A DNA stretch of 64,000 nucleotides from Schizochytrium sp. TIO01. Its lineage: Eukaryota > Protista > Bigyra: Labyrinthulomycetes. Each line of letters begins with the position of its first letter. Positions within the stretch are counted from its first letter, which is position 1. Below, in pieces: positions 9,447 to 21,040 of this stretch. Position numbers and translations under genes: made by a program. Under the pieces are notes generated by a model that saw only the letters and a program-made list of their open reading frames with translations, was not told the origin of the DNA and searched no databases. The stretch lies in assembly GCA_004764695.1 (NCBI GenBank), contig SMSO01000014.1, positions 2,847,648 to 2,911,647 on the forward strand. Reading direction: 5' to 3'.

Positions 9447-11394
9447 ATGCGCTCGCACGGCATTCCAAGCGTGCCACGCGGCGGTAGCGAGCTCCATGAT
9501 GAGGTTTTGTCTTTCCGCCCTCATGTAGTTACCGCCTCCTACTCCGGCGAGCGCTTTAGCCCTCGTCCGGGCTGCCTTCTCTCCATCTCATCTGGCATGG
9601 GCATCCTGGCAGCAGCTCGACGTGGTGGCGCGTTCATTGATCTCTTTCACGTTGATCGAGCTTCGCTTCAACCCACGCTTGCAGCCTTGAGCTCTTTGCC
9701 GACTGCTGAACCTTCCCAAGATGCCCAGGAAACTGCCGTTGCTCAAGGAGGCGATGTCAAGGCTGCAGTTCGCCTGCCTTTCCTCATGAGCAGGCGCATG
9801 GTGGACGAGGAAGAAAGCGAGGGCAGCGGCGTACAGGCGCTTGGATTCCTTTCTGCAGAAAATGCCAGTGCTAGCTGTGGTTGTTGCAGGGGAGATAAGA
9901 GTGTTTGAGCTCGCGTTTCGCGCATGGTTTGGTGCTGTGGATTTGCCCTCTGTTGAGACTCAGGCTACTGAGGCGCTTGCGACGCGGCCCGTGTTGTGGC
10001 AATTACGGATGAGGGTGCGACTAGGGCAGCAACTTGCAGTAGCACATGGTGGTGATGCAAGGCCTCAAAAACTGGTGCAGACGCTCTCCCATGATGAAGT
10101 CATCACGATGGAAACGGGACAAGATGATGACGAAGACGGATGGGTCGCTGTAGCATTCCGTAGCGGAGCTGTGACGAGGGCAGTCTACCCATATAACATG
10201 TCTGCAAAACAACTTGCTGCCCATTCGGTGCAATTGAAGGAAGTCCACATTGGCGTTGAGGTCGCCTCGTGTGCCTTTGGTCCAGGGGGGATGGGTGCTG
10301 TATTTACCACAAAGGTTGATGGTGCTATCTTTATTGCTGATCTTGAACGCGAGATCGTTCAGAGATTCTCACCGCCACTGGGAACAGGTCGCCAGTGGGT
10401 AGCTGCTCAATGGGTTGTGCCGGGAGAATCAGTATTAGCAGTCCGTAAAGACGGTATGCGTAAGCTGATTGCAATCCCGTCGGGCGCGGAACTTGTATCC
10501 TTCCAGGCACTTTCCACTAAAGCAGATTCGCAGTGGCTCTTACCTGTGAGACCCCAAACAAAGGATGGAAATGCGTGGGTCATTGGCGCATTTACGACCG
10601 GAGAAAACACGATTAAGCTATACGGACTGAAACGGTTTGATAAACCAGCTAGCGCGGTTCTTGACATACTCCGAAGGGGCATGTGGACTATCCCGGGAAC
10701 TAGTATTCTGGGATGCTCAATCTGTAGACTTGACGCAAAAACATTGCCTGCTTGGGCTTTGGAGTTCAAAGCACCATCAAGCGCTGAATTTGCGGTTGCA
10801 GTTCTCACTGATGTTGGCGTTTCATTTTTCTTCATCGTAGGAGATGATGACAAGATCACTCAGGGGAAAGACGAACGCTCTCATCAAGTCAAATCTTCAA
10901 AATGCAATAATGCTTTCATACCGACTCATGCAAACAAGGAGCAAGATGCTAAAGGTGCGAACAAGCCGACGCTGAGCTCGTCTGCAAACATGTCACAGGG
11001 TGGAGCGAAGAAGACAGCAAACACAAAACAATCAAACGAAATACTTAAACCGCCCAAGAAAGGTCCTCCGAAACTTCAGACGGGAGTTCGAGCGAAGACA
11101 AGGGAGACTACTCGATTGAGCCACGCCAATACGCCTGGAAAATATCCAGGTCAACGTATACAGTCCGAGTCATCACCTCAGAGTTCATCACCAAGAACAC
11201 CTATATCTAAGCGAGAGAGCCGAAAACTGGGTTCTGACCTCGCTCAGACTGTACAAGGTCTGGAGACTCGCGTAAAACAAGCTGAGCTGGATCTTAGGGT
11301 ACTTCGTACTGAATTTAAGGCATTTACAAGCGAAATGTCACAAAGCCTTGACGAACTTGCCAAGTTAGTTGTTAAGCAGCGGGAACAGCGCTGA
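9447..11394 (+). CDS. Hypothetical protein, probable beta-propeller N-terminus plus C-terminal coiled coil; split by a +1 frame change near 9859
   Basis: ORFs 9447-9908 and 9841-11394 overlap and read through (VQALGFLSAE-MPVLAVVVAGEIRVF) if one A of AAAA 9859-9862 is removed or a short intron ending at CAG 9858 is spliced. The sequence is beta-strand-like, followed by an S/P/K-rich linker and a coiled-coil tail. Confidence 0.6.
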
Positions 11395-11838
11395 GAAAAA
11401 TTCGTGTTTATATAAATAAAATACCATATCGTTTTTCATCTTTATGCTTATTTATTTTCAAAACTACAATATTCTATCGGAAAAGGAAGTTGAAGGATGC
11501 AATCATAGTTTTAGTCATTGTTACTTATTCGTCTAATTCTTCCTTGTAAACCGGAAGGAGTTTAAGTTTCATATATTGATGTTGAAAGACATTTCTCTTT
11601 TTCTTTTTTGGCGAACTTACTATGCTAGCCTCTTCATTCTCATGTGTAGGGAGAAGAGAGGACATTTAAAAAAAAAAAAAAAAAAGAGAACAAGATTCAG
11701 GTTCTTATCTTAATCTAAAAAGTAGATGCAGCACGCATCTAAGAAGGATGAAAACATAAGTGTAGCTTTAGAAGGTGGAAATATATTCTAAATCACATGA
11801 TAGGATTAACTAAGTTAGGACAATAAAACGGCATCATT

Positions 11839-14601
11839 TTAGTTGCTAGACATTTCTGCATCTTCCTCAGGGGGGGAAGTGATGTCGTAACGCAAACCAC
11901 AAGTTCCCGGGGAAGGGTTCGAGCTGGTTACGCCAGCCTTGACAGGCTCATCCTTCGTGGAAATGGTAATATTTGAGGATTCCGGGATGGCACCGGAAAG
12001 GACAAGCCTGCCGACATCAGTACCAACATTGCGTTCAAGCCATCTGCGCAAGGGGCGTGCACCGTAGGCAGGTTCAAAGGCCACATCGACAATGTGATCG
12101 AGTGTGGCACGAGTCGCATCGACGGTAATGTTGCGGTCAGTCTTGAGCTGGCGCATAAGCACATCGAGCTGTTGCTGAGCAATGGCATGGAGCTGCGACT
12201 GCTGCAAAGGCTCAAAGACAATGATGTCATCAAGGCGGTTGAGAAGCTCAGGGCGGAAGTGAGCTCGCACATCACGCATGACGTTTTGCTTAGCCTTCTC
12301 CATAGCAGCATCGCTACTAGCGTGGTTGTCTTCGGAGTCAGAGTCAGCCTCCGGGCGATGTGTGACCTTGCGGCGTTTGATCACTTGTTCAGCAGCAGCT
12401 TCGATCAGATATTGGCTACCAATATTGGAGGTCATGATGATGATTGTGTTACGGAAGTCCACCAGAGTACCCTGACCATCAGTAAGGCGACCATCGTCAA
12501 GCACCTGAAGCAGCACATTGAAAACATCACGGTGCGCCTTTTCAACCTCATCAAGAAGAATCACAGTGTAAGGACGGCGCTTTACAGCTTCTGTAAGCTG
12601 GCCACCTTCTTCGTAACCCACATAGCCTGGAGCAGCACCAATCAAGCGCGAAACAGAGTACTTCTCCATGTACTCAGACATGTCAATACGAACCATGCTA
12701 TTCGGGTCATCAAAGAGCTCCTGAGCAAGAGCTTTGACAGACTCAGTCTTACCTACACCAGTGGGTCCCAAGAAGAGAAAACTGGCAATAGGGCGGGTTT
12801 CAGGGGCCAAACCGGCACGTGCACGAATGATACTGTCTGCTACAGCATCGATTGCCGTGTCCTGACCAACGACGCGCTCCTTGAGGCGTGCAGCAAGGCT
12901 GAGTAGCTTCTCAGACTCGGAACTCTGCAGGCGATCTACAGGGATGCCGGTCCAGCGGCTGACAACCATTGCGATCTCCTGGGGTCCAATGATCTCTGTG
13001 AGGAGGCGGTCATCAGCGTTCTCTCGCTTGCGCTTCGCATCCTCCACCGTAAGACGCTCAAGTTGGTTCTCAAGCTCTGGGATTGCACCATAGCGCAAGT
13101 CAGCCACAAGGGCGAGGTCGCGGTCACGCTCAGCCTGGGCGATCTTCTGGTGCACTTCCTTGATTTTGTTACGAAGGCGGCGTAGCTCGTCAACACGCTT
13201 CTTCTCATCAGCATGCTTCAAGCGAAGAGGGCGCAACTCCTCCTCAATTTGGCTAAGCTCCTTCTGGCATACCTTGAGACGCTCCTTACTCTGAAGGTCC
13301 TTTTCTTCCTTCAGAGCTGTCTCCTCGACCTCAAGCTGAAGCTTGCGTCGCTCGAGGCGATCAATCTCCTCTGGTTGGGAATCAAGCTGAACACGCACGT
13401 GAGCCGCAGCCTCATCAAGCAAGTCAATTGCAGAATCAGGCAAACGACGCTGCGTTACATAGCGCTTGGCGAGTTTAGCAGCGAGGACTACAGCAGCATC
13501 CTGAATCGTCACACCATGGTGCGACTGGTAGCTGTCCTTGATACCACGAAGGATAGAGACGGTGTCTTCGACACTAGGCTCAAGTACGTCCACCTTTTGG
13601 AAGCGACGTGAGAAAGCCTTATCTTTCTCGATGTGTTTCTGGTACTCATCGAGAGTGGTGGCACCGATGCACTTGAGGCCTCGGGCAAGCGCAGGCTTGA
13701 GAATGTTGGCAGCATCTGCTGCACCTTGGCCACCGCCAGCGCCCATAAGGAGATGGACCTCGTCGACAAAGAGAATGATTTGGCCATCGGAATCCTCAAT
13801 TTCCTTGAGAACAGACTTCAGGCGCTCCTCGAACTCACCACGGTGAGATGCACCGGCAAGCAAAGCGGCCACGTCGAGCTCCCAAAGTCGGCAGTTGGAA
13901 ATGGATTCAGGCACGTCGCCTTGGACGATACGCATAGCAAACATGGTACAGATGGCCGTCTTACCCACACCGGGAGGGCCCACAAGGATGGCATTGGACT
14001 TTGTCTTACGCGAAAGAATTTGGACAACACGAGCCACTTCGCGATCGCGGCCAATAACTGGGTCAAGCTTGCCGTCCATGGCAGCTTGGGTGAGGTCTCG
14101 GCCATACTTGGCGAGTGCCTCGAAGTTTTGCTCGCCACTTCGAGTATGAACCTGACGTCCGCTAGCACCACGTGCAGCCTTTGCGGCTTCTTCGATTTTG
14201 GCAGGAGTCAAGTCAACAGCTTTAAAAGCGCCCTTAAGGCTAGGATCGTTCGCGAGGGCCTTGAGCAAGCTGTCAAGCGTAAGGAAGGAATCTCCTTGCT
14301 TCTTTTGAAAATTAGCAGCAGCACGAAGCACGCTAAGCATCGCGCTAGAGGGTGAGAGCTGATCAGGTGCGGGCGACTGGGAGGGCATTTTGTTTACGAG
14401 CATGGTAATCTCATGCAGCAGCATTGTGCGATCGCCTCCAGCGCGGTCCACCAGTCTTGCAGCAAGTGACGAGGCATTTTCTAGCATCACTTGCGCCACC
14501 AGGGGCGGTGTAAGCTGAGTGTGGCCCTTGCTCACGCCCAATTCGTGGGCGGCGTTGATCACCTTAACAGTTTCGTCGGACCATGTTGAGGAGTCCGTCA
14601 T
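11839..14601 (-). CDS. HSP104: Cytosolic Hsp104/Hsp101 (ClpB-family) disaggregase
   Basis: Clp N-domain, two AAA+ modules (GPPGVGKT/FVDEVH; GPTGVGKTE/LLDEVEKAH), coiled-coil M-domain, RIDMSEY, GYVGYEEGGQLTE and GARPLRR; no organelle presequence. ATG at 14601. Confidence 0.96.
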   Translation of the reverse strand: MTDSSTWSDETVKVINAAHELGVSKGHTQLTPPLVAQVMLENASSLAARLVDRAGGDRTMLLHEITMLVNKMPSQSPAPDQLSPSSAMLSVLRAAANFQKKQGDSFLTLDSLLKALANDPSLKGAFKAVDLTPAKIEEAAKAARGASGRQVHTRSGEQNFEALAKYGRDLTQAAMDGKLDPVIGRDREVARVVQILSRKTKSNAILVGPPGVGKTAICTMFAMRIVQGDVPESISNCRLWELDVAALLAGASHRGEFEERLKSVLKEIEDSDGQIILFVDEVHLLMGAGGGQGAADAANILKPALARGLKCIGATTLDEYQKHIEKDKAFSRRFQKVDVLEPSVEDTVSILRGIKDSYQSHHGVTIQDAAVVLAAKLAKRYVTQRRLPDSAIDLLDEAAAHVRVQLDSQPEEIDRLERRKLQLEVEETALKEEKDLQSKERLKVCQKELSQIEEELRPLRLKHADEKKRVDELRRLRNKIKEVHQKIAQAERDRDLALVADLRYGAIPELENQLERLTVEDAKRKRENADDRLLTEIIGPQEIAMVVSRWTGIPVDRLQSSESEKLLSLAARLKERVVGQDTAIDAVADSIIRARAGLAPETRPIASFLFLGPTGVGKTESVKALAQELFDDPNSMVRIDMSEYMEKYSVSRLIGAAPGYVGYEEGGQLTEAVKRRPYTVILLDEVEKAHRDVFNVLLQVLDDGRLTDGQGTLVDFRNTIIIMTSNIGSQYLIEAAAEQVIKRRKVTHRPEADSDSEDNHASSDAAMEKAKQNVMRDVRAHFRPELLNRLDDIIVFEPLQQSQLHAIAQQQLDVLMRQLKTDRNITVDATRATLDHIVDVAFEPAYGARPLRRWLERNVGTDVGRLVLSGAIPESSNITISTKDEPVKAGVTSSNPSPGTCGLRYDITSPPEEDAEMSSN

Positions 14602-15045
14602 GTTCAATATACACTTGCAAGCAGCGCCACCGACCTAGTTCTGCAACCTCTCGGTAAACTTATCGATGTCGATATACTCACCTGTAGCTCGCAGCTAGCA
14701 GGGTACTTCTATTCGTTCGTCTTCTTCAGAGTCCTCTTCGAGGAATTGCGGGTTTGCTGCAGGCTGCAATGGATCCTCAGCAGCTACCTGGGCTTTCCCT
14801 ACAGGACCTCGCTCAAACTTATGCGCTTCCTAGGCACTGATAGCTGTCTGTCCGAAGCTCTTTGCAGATGCCTGAACCCTGAAGATAATACACGATTAGA
14901 CCTCTGCTTCAAACATCCTCAACCTTCAAATGTATCTTTTTTGCTCCATCTGGGTCAAGCCAGCTCTTAGCAACTGCTACCATCATCTACTGCTAACCCT
15001 GCAACTGTGGGGTTTAAAAGAAAAAGTCCGGGACGTTCGCGGCCT

Positions 15046-15065
15046 CTTCTGGAGTCTTCGAGAAA
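15046..15065. promoter_or_regulatory. Heat-shock element (4 alternating nGAAn-type units)
   Basis: cTTCt gGAGt cTTCg aGAAa in 5-bp phase, between the divergent HSP104 and Hsp40 genes. Confidence 0.7.
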
Positions 15066-15175
15066 GGGGGATTTGAGACTCGCCGAGTAGCCCCTTTTGG
15101 ACGCGCGGAGGGGACTTTTGTGGCGGAGGTGCGGGGTCTTAAATGGGCAAGGGGGGAGTTTTGGGGGCACCCGAA

Positions 15176-15220
15176 CTTCCCGAGTGTTCGAGACTAGTCG
15201 CGAACAACCGGGACGCTTCA
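15176..15220. promoter_or_regulatory. Extended heat-shock element (9 phased pentamers)
   Basis: cTTCc cGAGt gTTCg aGACt aGTCg cGAAc aACCg gGACg cTTCa, with alternating orientation and 5-bp periodicity. Confidence 0.7.
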
Positions 15221-15407
15221 TAAGTTTTGAGGGCAGGTTTTGAGATAGAAAGCAGGATCTTCGAAAGGGCTTTGGAGTGTGTCATATGACTCGTATCCTG
15301 GCATCGGTCTCAGGAAGACCACTGACTGACGAGGCGAGGCCCATTTAAACAGCCTTGCGAGAGGCTGCGTACAGCCCAGAGAGCGAAGGAAAATCGACGA
15401 CCCGAAG

Positions 15408-15536
15408 ATTTCATTTCATTTCCCAATGTTTCTTTTAAAGCTTTCATTTTCATGTTCAATCTTTCATTTCTCACTTTTCATTTCTTTTCATTTCATTTCA
15501 TTTCATTTCATTTTCCAATGTTTCTTTTTAAGCTTT
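15408..15536 (+). repeat. (TTTCA)n-rich microsatellite with a ~35-bp direct repeat
   Basis: TTTCA units; tttcatttcattttcc(c)aatgtttctttt(t/a)aagcttt occurs at ~15409 and ~15500. Confidence 0.8.
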
Positions 15537-16092
15537 AACGAAGAAATCCATCGCTCATGAAATGGAGAGTAAGCAAAGTCAAACACATAAAGAACAAACA
15601 GACTTAAACTGAGGCTTTTCAGGTGCTTGAAGGATGGAGCAAACGAAGAGCGCGAATGATCGATGAAAAGCCGCAGGAGCTTCAAAGAAGGGCCTCCGCA
15701 AAAGCACCCAAGGCTGAGGGGCAGCACGTAGCTGGCGGCTGAACTCGCAAGCTCGAGCCTCTGCGGAAACTGTTCCGTCTGGGTTCTGAGGAAATCCGGT
15801 TCCGGCTTTCGTATTACAAGAGAGCGAAAGCAAAATTGGAAATTCGATGACATTCTTCTCGTAATGCGTAGATGGGCGTAGTAGGCTCCTAAGCACTGGT
15901 TAGCCCAGTGCGTAGGAGTGTTCTAAGAAGAACCCTCAAAAGGCCAAGAGAGCTCAGGATCCGTCAGTCAGAGTCGTCGAGAGCGGCAAAACCCGAACGG
16001 ACTTGGAGCTCTTGCAGGACTTGAGGTTCTCGCAGGAGATTGTTCTGTGTGCACTAGAGCAGAGCAGGAGGCAGCCGTAAGATTAAGTAAAG

Positions 16093-17187
16093 ATGCCACC
16101 AAAGGACAGCGGACGCGACTTTTACAAGATCCTCGGCGTGGGGCGCGATGCCAAGGAACCCGAGCTGAAGAAAGCGTACAAGAAGCTTGCGCTCAAGTAC
16201 CACCCCGATAAGCAGAAGGGCGATGACACGATGTTTAAAGAAATCGCAGAAGCATACGCAGTGCTCTCTGACGAGGATAAACGCAAGGTGTATGATCGCT
16301 TTGGTGAGGAAGGCCTCAAGGCAGGAATTACAGGAGACCAGGCCGACAACATGGGAAGCATGCCTTCCGGCATGGGAGGTCATGGAGGTGGAGGCTTTAG
16401 CATGCCGCCTGAGTTTGCGGAGAATCTCTTTGCTCAATTCTTTGGGGGAGGAGGAGATGCCGGTGGCTTTGGCGGTGCGTCCAGAGGCCCGGGAGGTCGT
16501 ACCTTCATGTTTAATGCCGGAGGCCCCGGAATGGGAGGTGGTGCCTTTGGTGGTGGTATGGGCGGCATGGGCGGCATGGGTGGCATGGGTGGAATGGGAT
16601 TTGATGCCAACCCACAAGCTGGCCACCGTCGAGAGGCTGCACCCTTGAAGAAGCGCCCTGCTATCGAAAAGGACTTCGCCGTTTCGCTGGAAGATTTATT
16701 TAACAGCACCACCAAGAAACTCAAAGTTACACGGAAGCTGTATGATACACCTAGTGGCCGATACACAGACGCTGCTCAGGTTGTGGAACTCAAACTTAAG
16801 CCGCAGATGAAAGAAGGCACAAAGTTTACATTCAAGAATATGGGATCCGAGGAGCCAGGCTACGAACCTGCAGACATGATCTTTAAACTCAAGGAAAAAC
16901 CTCACGAAACATTTACGCGTACAGGTGACGACCTGGTCACAACTGTCGATATTAGCCTGAAGGATGCTCTCCTTGGCGGCAGTACAATTGTTAAAACGCT
17001 CGACAACCACAACATTAGAGTTCCTTTTAGTGCATTGAAAGACAGCAAGCAAGAGGTGGTTCTGCGCGAGCACGGCATGCCCAATTCTAAGACTGGTAAT
17101 AAGGGAAACCTTGTCGTTCGTTTTAACATCAAGTTTCCTGAAGATGCATCAAAGCGCGCGGAGATCGCAAACTTGGCTCGTGTCTAA
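16093..17187 (+). CDS. dnaJ: Type II Hsp40 (DNAJB/Sis1-like) co-chaperone
   Basis: J-domain with KYHPDK, G/F- and GM-rich region, C-terminal peptide-binding domains ([36 protein letters not shown]); no Zn finger. Confidence 0.95.
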   Translation: MPPKDSGRDFYKILGVGRDAKEPELKKAYKKLALKYHPDKQKGDDTMFKEIAEAYAVLSDEDKRKVYDRFGEEGLKAGITGDQADNMGSMPSGMGGHGGGGFSMPPEFAENLFAQFFGGGGDAGGFGGASRGPGGRTFMFNAGGPGMGGGAFGGGMGGMGGMGGMGGMGFDANPQAGHRREAAPLKKRPAIEKDFAVSLEDLFNSTTKKLKVTRKLYDTPSGRYTDAAQVVELKLKPQMKEGTKFTFKNMGSEEPGYEPADMIFKLKEKPHETFTRTGDDLVTTVDISLKDALLGGSTIVKTLDNHNIRVPFSALKDSKQEVVLREHGMPNSKTGNKGNLVVRFNIKFPEDASKRAEIANLARV

Positions 17188-17307
17188 AACCCAACTTTCC
17201 GCTAAGCATGTTCCATACGCAATTCTACGTTAATCTCAGTTCTTAAAATTCGTGTATGTGTAAATTAATGATATTACAAAGTTGATACTTCCTTCTAGTT
17301 TAATGAA

Positions 17308-19671
17308 TCAAAAGAAACCCCCATCATCCTCATCATCCTCATCATCCAGCCATCGGTCATCATTAAAAGATGAGGTCGTTAGATGGTTACTCTTTGCTTC
17401 TTTGGAGCGTTCACCAGTTTGCGAAGTAAAAGCCATGTCAATGTCCTCTTGCTGGGAAAACGCAGATGAACCTGATTTACTCATCTGAGTATATATCCCC
17501 TTTTCTTCTAAAACGTTTTGACGATCAACTTCCTTGGGATTATCTTGGCTTTGAGGTTGTTCCTTATTAGAAATACTGGTTTGTTGAGCAGCAGCAGCGG
17601 CAGAGGGGACGGCAGGGGAAGTCTGAGACGAAAAGGAATCCTCGAGTTCTTTAAGTTGCGCTTCCAGATCCTGATCTGACTTCGTATGCACTGTTTTCGC
17701 ATTTTGGGATCTCATTGTGTCTTTTATTAAAGAAGCATGTTCAGCTTGCTTCGTGGCTTGATATGGTTGCGATGTGGAGTCAACATCTGGAGAAAGTGTT
17801 TCTTGACTACCAGCATTGTCAAACAAATTGGTGCGCTGGGATAATTGTGAGTTTTTCACATCTGTGGAAGGCTCCTGTAGAGACCCCACAGTTTTTATTT
17901 CTGTCACTGTGCGTGTTTGTGCAGCGCCTTCTTCGCAGCTGCCATCACCATCGCTAGTAGCTTGTCTCGCTCGCTTCGTGCTAGAGACCACGCGGTTGGA
18001 AATGGACTGAGAGGACCGAGTTGATGCAACGGAATCTTGAGAATAATCTTTCTCAGAGTTTGCTGATCTTCTACTTGTATGACGTTGTTCCTGGACATGA
18101 AACTTCCTCCTTGTTTCTTCCGAGCGTTCTTTGCTGGGGTCACTCGCAATGCTATCTTGTTGAGACAATATCTCCTCCAGTTTGCGCATTCGACGATTTT
18201 GGGTAGCCCTTAATTCGCGTGCTTCACGATCGTCTTCAGCAGCATTCCCAGAGAGCCATCCAACCAGGTCTTCGTCCTCCTCGAGGTCCTCCTCACCATT
18301 CCTTGCTGCACGTCTGCGAGGTAACGTTCGCGTATGACCATCTTGTCTAACTCCATGTTCTTCTTCGTAAGCACGCATGTCTTGAGTATCTGTGAGCTCA
18401 TGAGCCCCAAAGACTCGCTCAATATTGCGGGGAGTGATAATAATAGAGTGAGTTGCGTATCCTTCGCGATTGAAATGAGCACGGAAAACAGTAAAGTCCT
18501 TTAATATTATAGCAGCTCCTTCAGAAAAGTCATACTCATCTGAACTGAGAACTTTAGGATGGACCTCAGACTCCATCTCTCCTGTTGGATCTGCAACTAT
18601 ACACATTGCTCCTTCTTCAAGATAATGAGACTTAATAACAACCACAGCGAGGGAAGGAACCTTGCGAGCATTACCTAATCGGTTTTCTAGTATTGCCTTG
18701 ATTGAGTAATCCTCGATGACAGACGGATAACGGCGTTCAACCATTGTCCATGCAGCAGATTCGAATGGATTGCGATGAGCTTCTTTATCAGGTCCAAATC
18801 CATCGTTTGAGTATTCTACCTCGCCACCCCTTAGTTCTTCTATATCATCCGTAGCCTGCCCAACATCAAAACAGCTGCTTGTGCGAAATTTTCGTGATGA
18901 ACTCTGACCAGCAGGTAGATCAGCTGCACCAAAATTAATTGTTGTTTGCACTAAGCCTCTTCCACGATCACGATCACGATCACGATCACGATCATGATCA
19001 CGATCACGATCATTGTCGTTACTAGCATATCTACTATTTTCGATATCTCTCTGTGATGCGCCCATAGCTGCGTTAGACGCCCTTTGCCGCTGTGAGCTAG
19101 AGTCGTTCTCAAAAATAGTTCCTCTTAATTGTGCATTTGACTCAAGCTCAACACGGACTCGAGATTCTGTTTGTTGCGCAGGCTGAACCTGTCTTGGAGG
19201 CTTGAACTCATGTCTTAACCCAAGCTTTGAGATTTTCCCCATTGATGCCATTTCCTGCGAAGAAACTTTAAGGCAAAAATCACTGCTAATTGCAGCATTT
19301 GCTCGGGATGCCCAGAAGACATGAGATTTGCGAATTTTACGACCTTGAGTAGTTGATTCCTCGTCCACTTCCTCACATTTATCATTAATGATTTGGTTTC
19401 CATGGGACGTCGATATACGGGGTTCTGGAGCCGACATTGGTTCCTCGTTATTTCGCTCGTGCGAGCTCGCCTCTCGGTCTCGTTTCCCAGTCCGCGAACT
19501 AGGTTGGTTCCGTCGAGCATCACTGCTGCTACTGCCATGGACGTTTCCTTTACCTTGACCCTTAGATTGAGACTCTACAAAAGAAAGGTTTCCATACGAG
19601 AAGTTTGACGCCTGTGAGGCATCATTCCCGCCCTCCTCGTCTCCGTATGGGCCGCCGCCGTGAGAAGGCAT
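17308..19671 (-). CDS. HROB: HROB/C17orf53-like (MCM8-9 interacting) OB-fold protein
   Basis: KVPSLAVVVIKS..CIVADPTGEMESEVHPKVL..GAAIILKDFTVF..SIIITPRNIERVF resembles the HROB (DUF4539) OB fold, set in long low-complexity flanks. Confidence 0.75.
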   Translation of the reverse strand: MPSHGGGPYGDEEGGNDASQASNFSYGNLSFVESQSKGQGKGNVHGSSSSDARRNQPSSRTGKRDREASSHERNNEEPMSAPEPRISTSHGNQIINDKCEEVDEESTTQGRKIRKSHVFWASRANAAISSDFCLKVSSQEMASMGKISKLGLRHEFKPPRQVQPAQQTESRVRVELESNAQLRGTIFENDSSSQRQRASNAAMGASQRDIENSRYASNDNDRDRDHDRDRDRDRDRGRGLVQTTINFGAADLPAGQSSSRKFRTSSCFDVGQATDDIEELRGGEVEYSNDGFGPDKEAHRNPFESAAWTMVERRYPSVIEDYSIKAILENRLGNARKVPSLAVVVIKSHYLEEGAMCIVADPTGEMESEVHPKVLSSDEYDFSEGAAIILKDFTVFRAHFNREGYATHSIIITPRNIERVFGAHELTDTQDMRAYEEEHGVRQDGHTRTLPRRRAARNGEEDLEEDEDLVGWLSGNAAEDDREARELRATQNRRMRKLEEILSQQDSIASDPSKERSEETRRKFHVQEQRHTSRRSANSEKDYSQDSVASTRSSQSISNRVVSSTKRARQATSDGDGSCEEGAAQTRTVTEIKTVGSLQEPSTDVKNSQLSQRTNLFDNAGSQETLSPDVDSTSQPYQATKQAEHASLIKDTMRSQNAKTVHTKSDQDLEAQLKELEDSFSSQTSPAVPSAAAAAQQTSISNKEQPQSQDNPKEVDRQNVLEEKGIYTQMSKSGSSAFSQQEDIDMAFTSQTGERSKEAKSNHLTTSSFNDDRWLDDEDDEDDGGFF
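18963..19013 (+). repeat. (CACGAT)n hexamer repeat encoding an Asp-Arg dipeptide tract in HROB
   Basis: About eight tandem CACGAT/CATGAT units. Confidence 0.85.
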
Positions 19672-21040
19672 CGCTTAGTTAGTCAAAGTTCTGCTTTTTA
19701 AAGTTTGACAATCATGACAAATGATGGTTAAGTGAAGTGCGGAACCCATAATTTGGAATTGTGGGTTTCGCTGATAAGAATATTTGTATGCTCACATGTG
19801 CAAGTTCATGAGGTTGTTGCCGGTAGACAAACATGTGCTATGGAACCAACAAACAAACAAGTAGAGTATTTCGTAGGGAAAGATTCTTCCTTTGAGAAAT
19901 CTAATCATCTGTAGGGTACTGGTCACCGTGGAAGGGTTTGCAAAGCGTAGACCATAGATATTCTGCGTCCCAAATGAATTGTAAAATTCAAGAACACGCT
20001 ATCTAGTTCTTTCCTTTTTTCATAATTTTTGTACGAATTTCATAATTGTATACGGATCTGCAGTATTCCATATACATTGCAAACGCTTTGCCAGGAATTA
20101 TTCGCCTTAAGGTCCACGTTCTAGGTTGCGCTTTGTGCGTAAGGATGATCTCAGTTACTTCATGCATCAACATGGGACGCGAAGTCTCTTTTACTTATAA
20201 CATGGGAACACAAGATTAGAAAACACTCCAGACTTTATGATTTCACGTAGACGCGTATTCCTCAAATTTTATTGATCTCGGTGCACGGAATTCAACTTAA
20301 GTGAAAGCCTGTTTAAATGGTGCACTTTACTCAATCTTTATTGTTTAGGTATGAAGGTAGGTAGTGCACACTTTGGAGACTCCTGAAACGCATTTGCTAC
20401 AAGTGCCATACGTGGATTGACGACATGGAGTTGTAAACCTAGGTTTATTTGCTCTATCTCATCAATTCATCTAGTGTGTGCAATAGCATGTTGCTTCACC
20501 GCGTCAGAGTCAAAGTTTTAAGTCCAATGATTGTATTACGAGCAATTTCTTTTCTTTTCTCTTCTCTTCTCTTCTCTTCTAATTTAAAAAAATAGTAGAA
20601 AAAAAAAGAGAGATAATTGAAACCACCTCCAAGCAGAGAGAACTATCTTGCTTATCAAACAGAAGCAACTCGCCTACTGCAGGATTTCAACCAAGGAGCG
20701 ATTTGGACTCAATTTTGTATGAGAAACAATGAAAATCACAAGTCTAGATACCAGGAGTCATTATTTGTGTTTAATGATCACCTAGTAATGAGTAATGGTT
20801 TTGGGTAAAGTTTTATCCAAGCTAAAAGACTTGATAAAGGAGTTGCTCTGATTATTGAGAGGATCATACCATAGCAGGTACCTACCATTGTCAATGTGAA
20901 ATCGCATGCGAAGGAGGTATTACCTCTCCTTTTGTTAATACGAGGAGTACTTACCTAATGAAAACGATCCAGGTTTAAACTAGTTTAGGGAGGTGAGCTT
21001 ATAGTTAGCAGTAAGTGCCTAACTAGTACTTCTTTTGGTA

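Noticed and set aside
12094-14355. Long + strand ORFs (270, 132 and 240 aa) antisense to HSP104
   Set aside because: Mirror-frame ORFs expected from strong codon bias in highly expressed genes; no recognisable motifs.
14641-14681. Possible 41-nt 5'-UTR intron of HSP104 (GTGAGT...TGCAG, minus strand)
   Set aside because: The splice signals are good, but it is very short and cannot be verified without transcripts.
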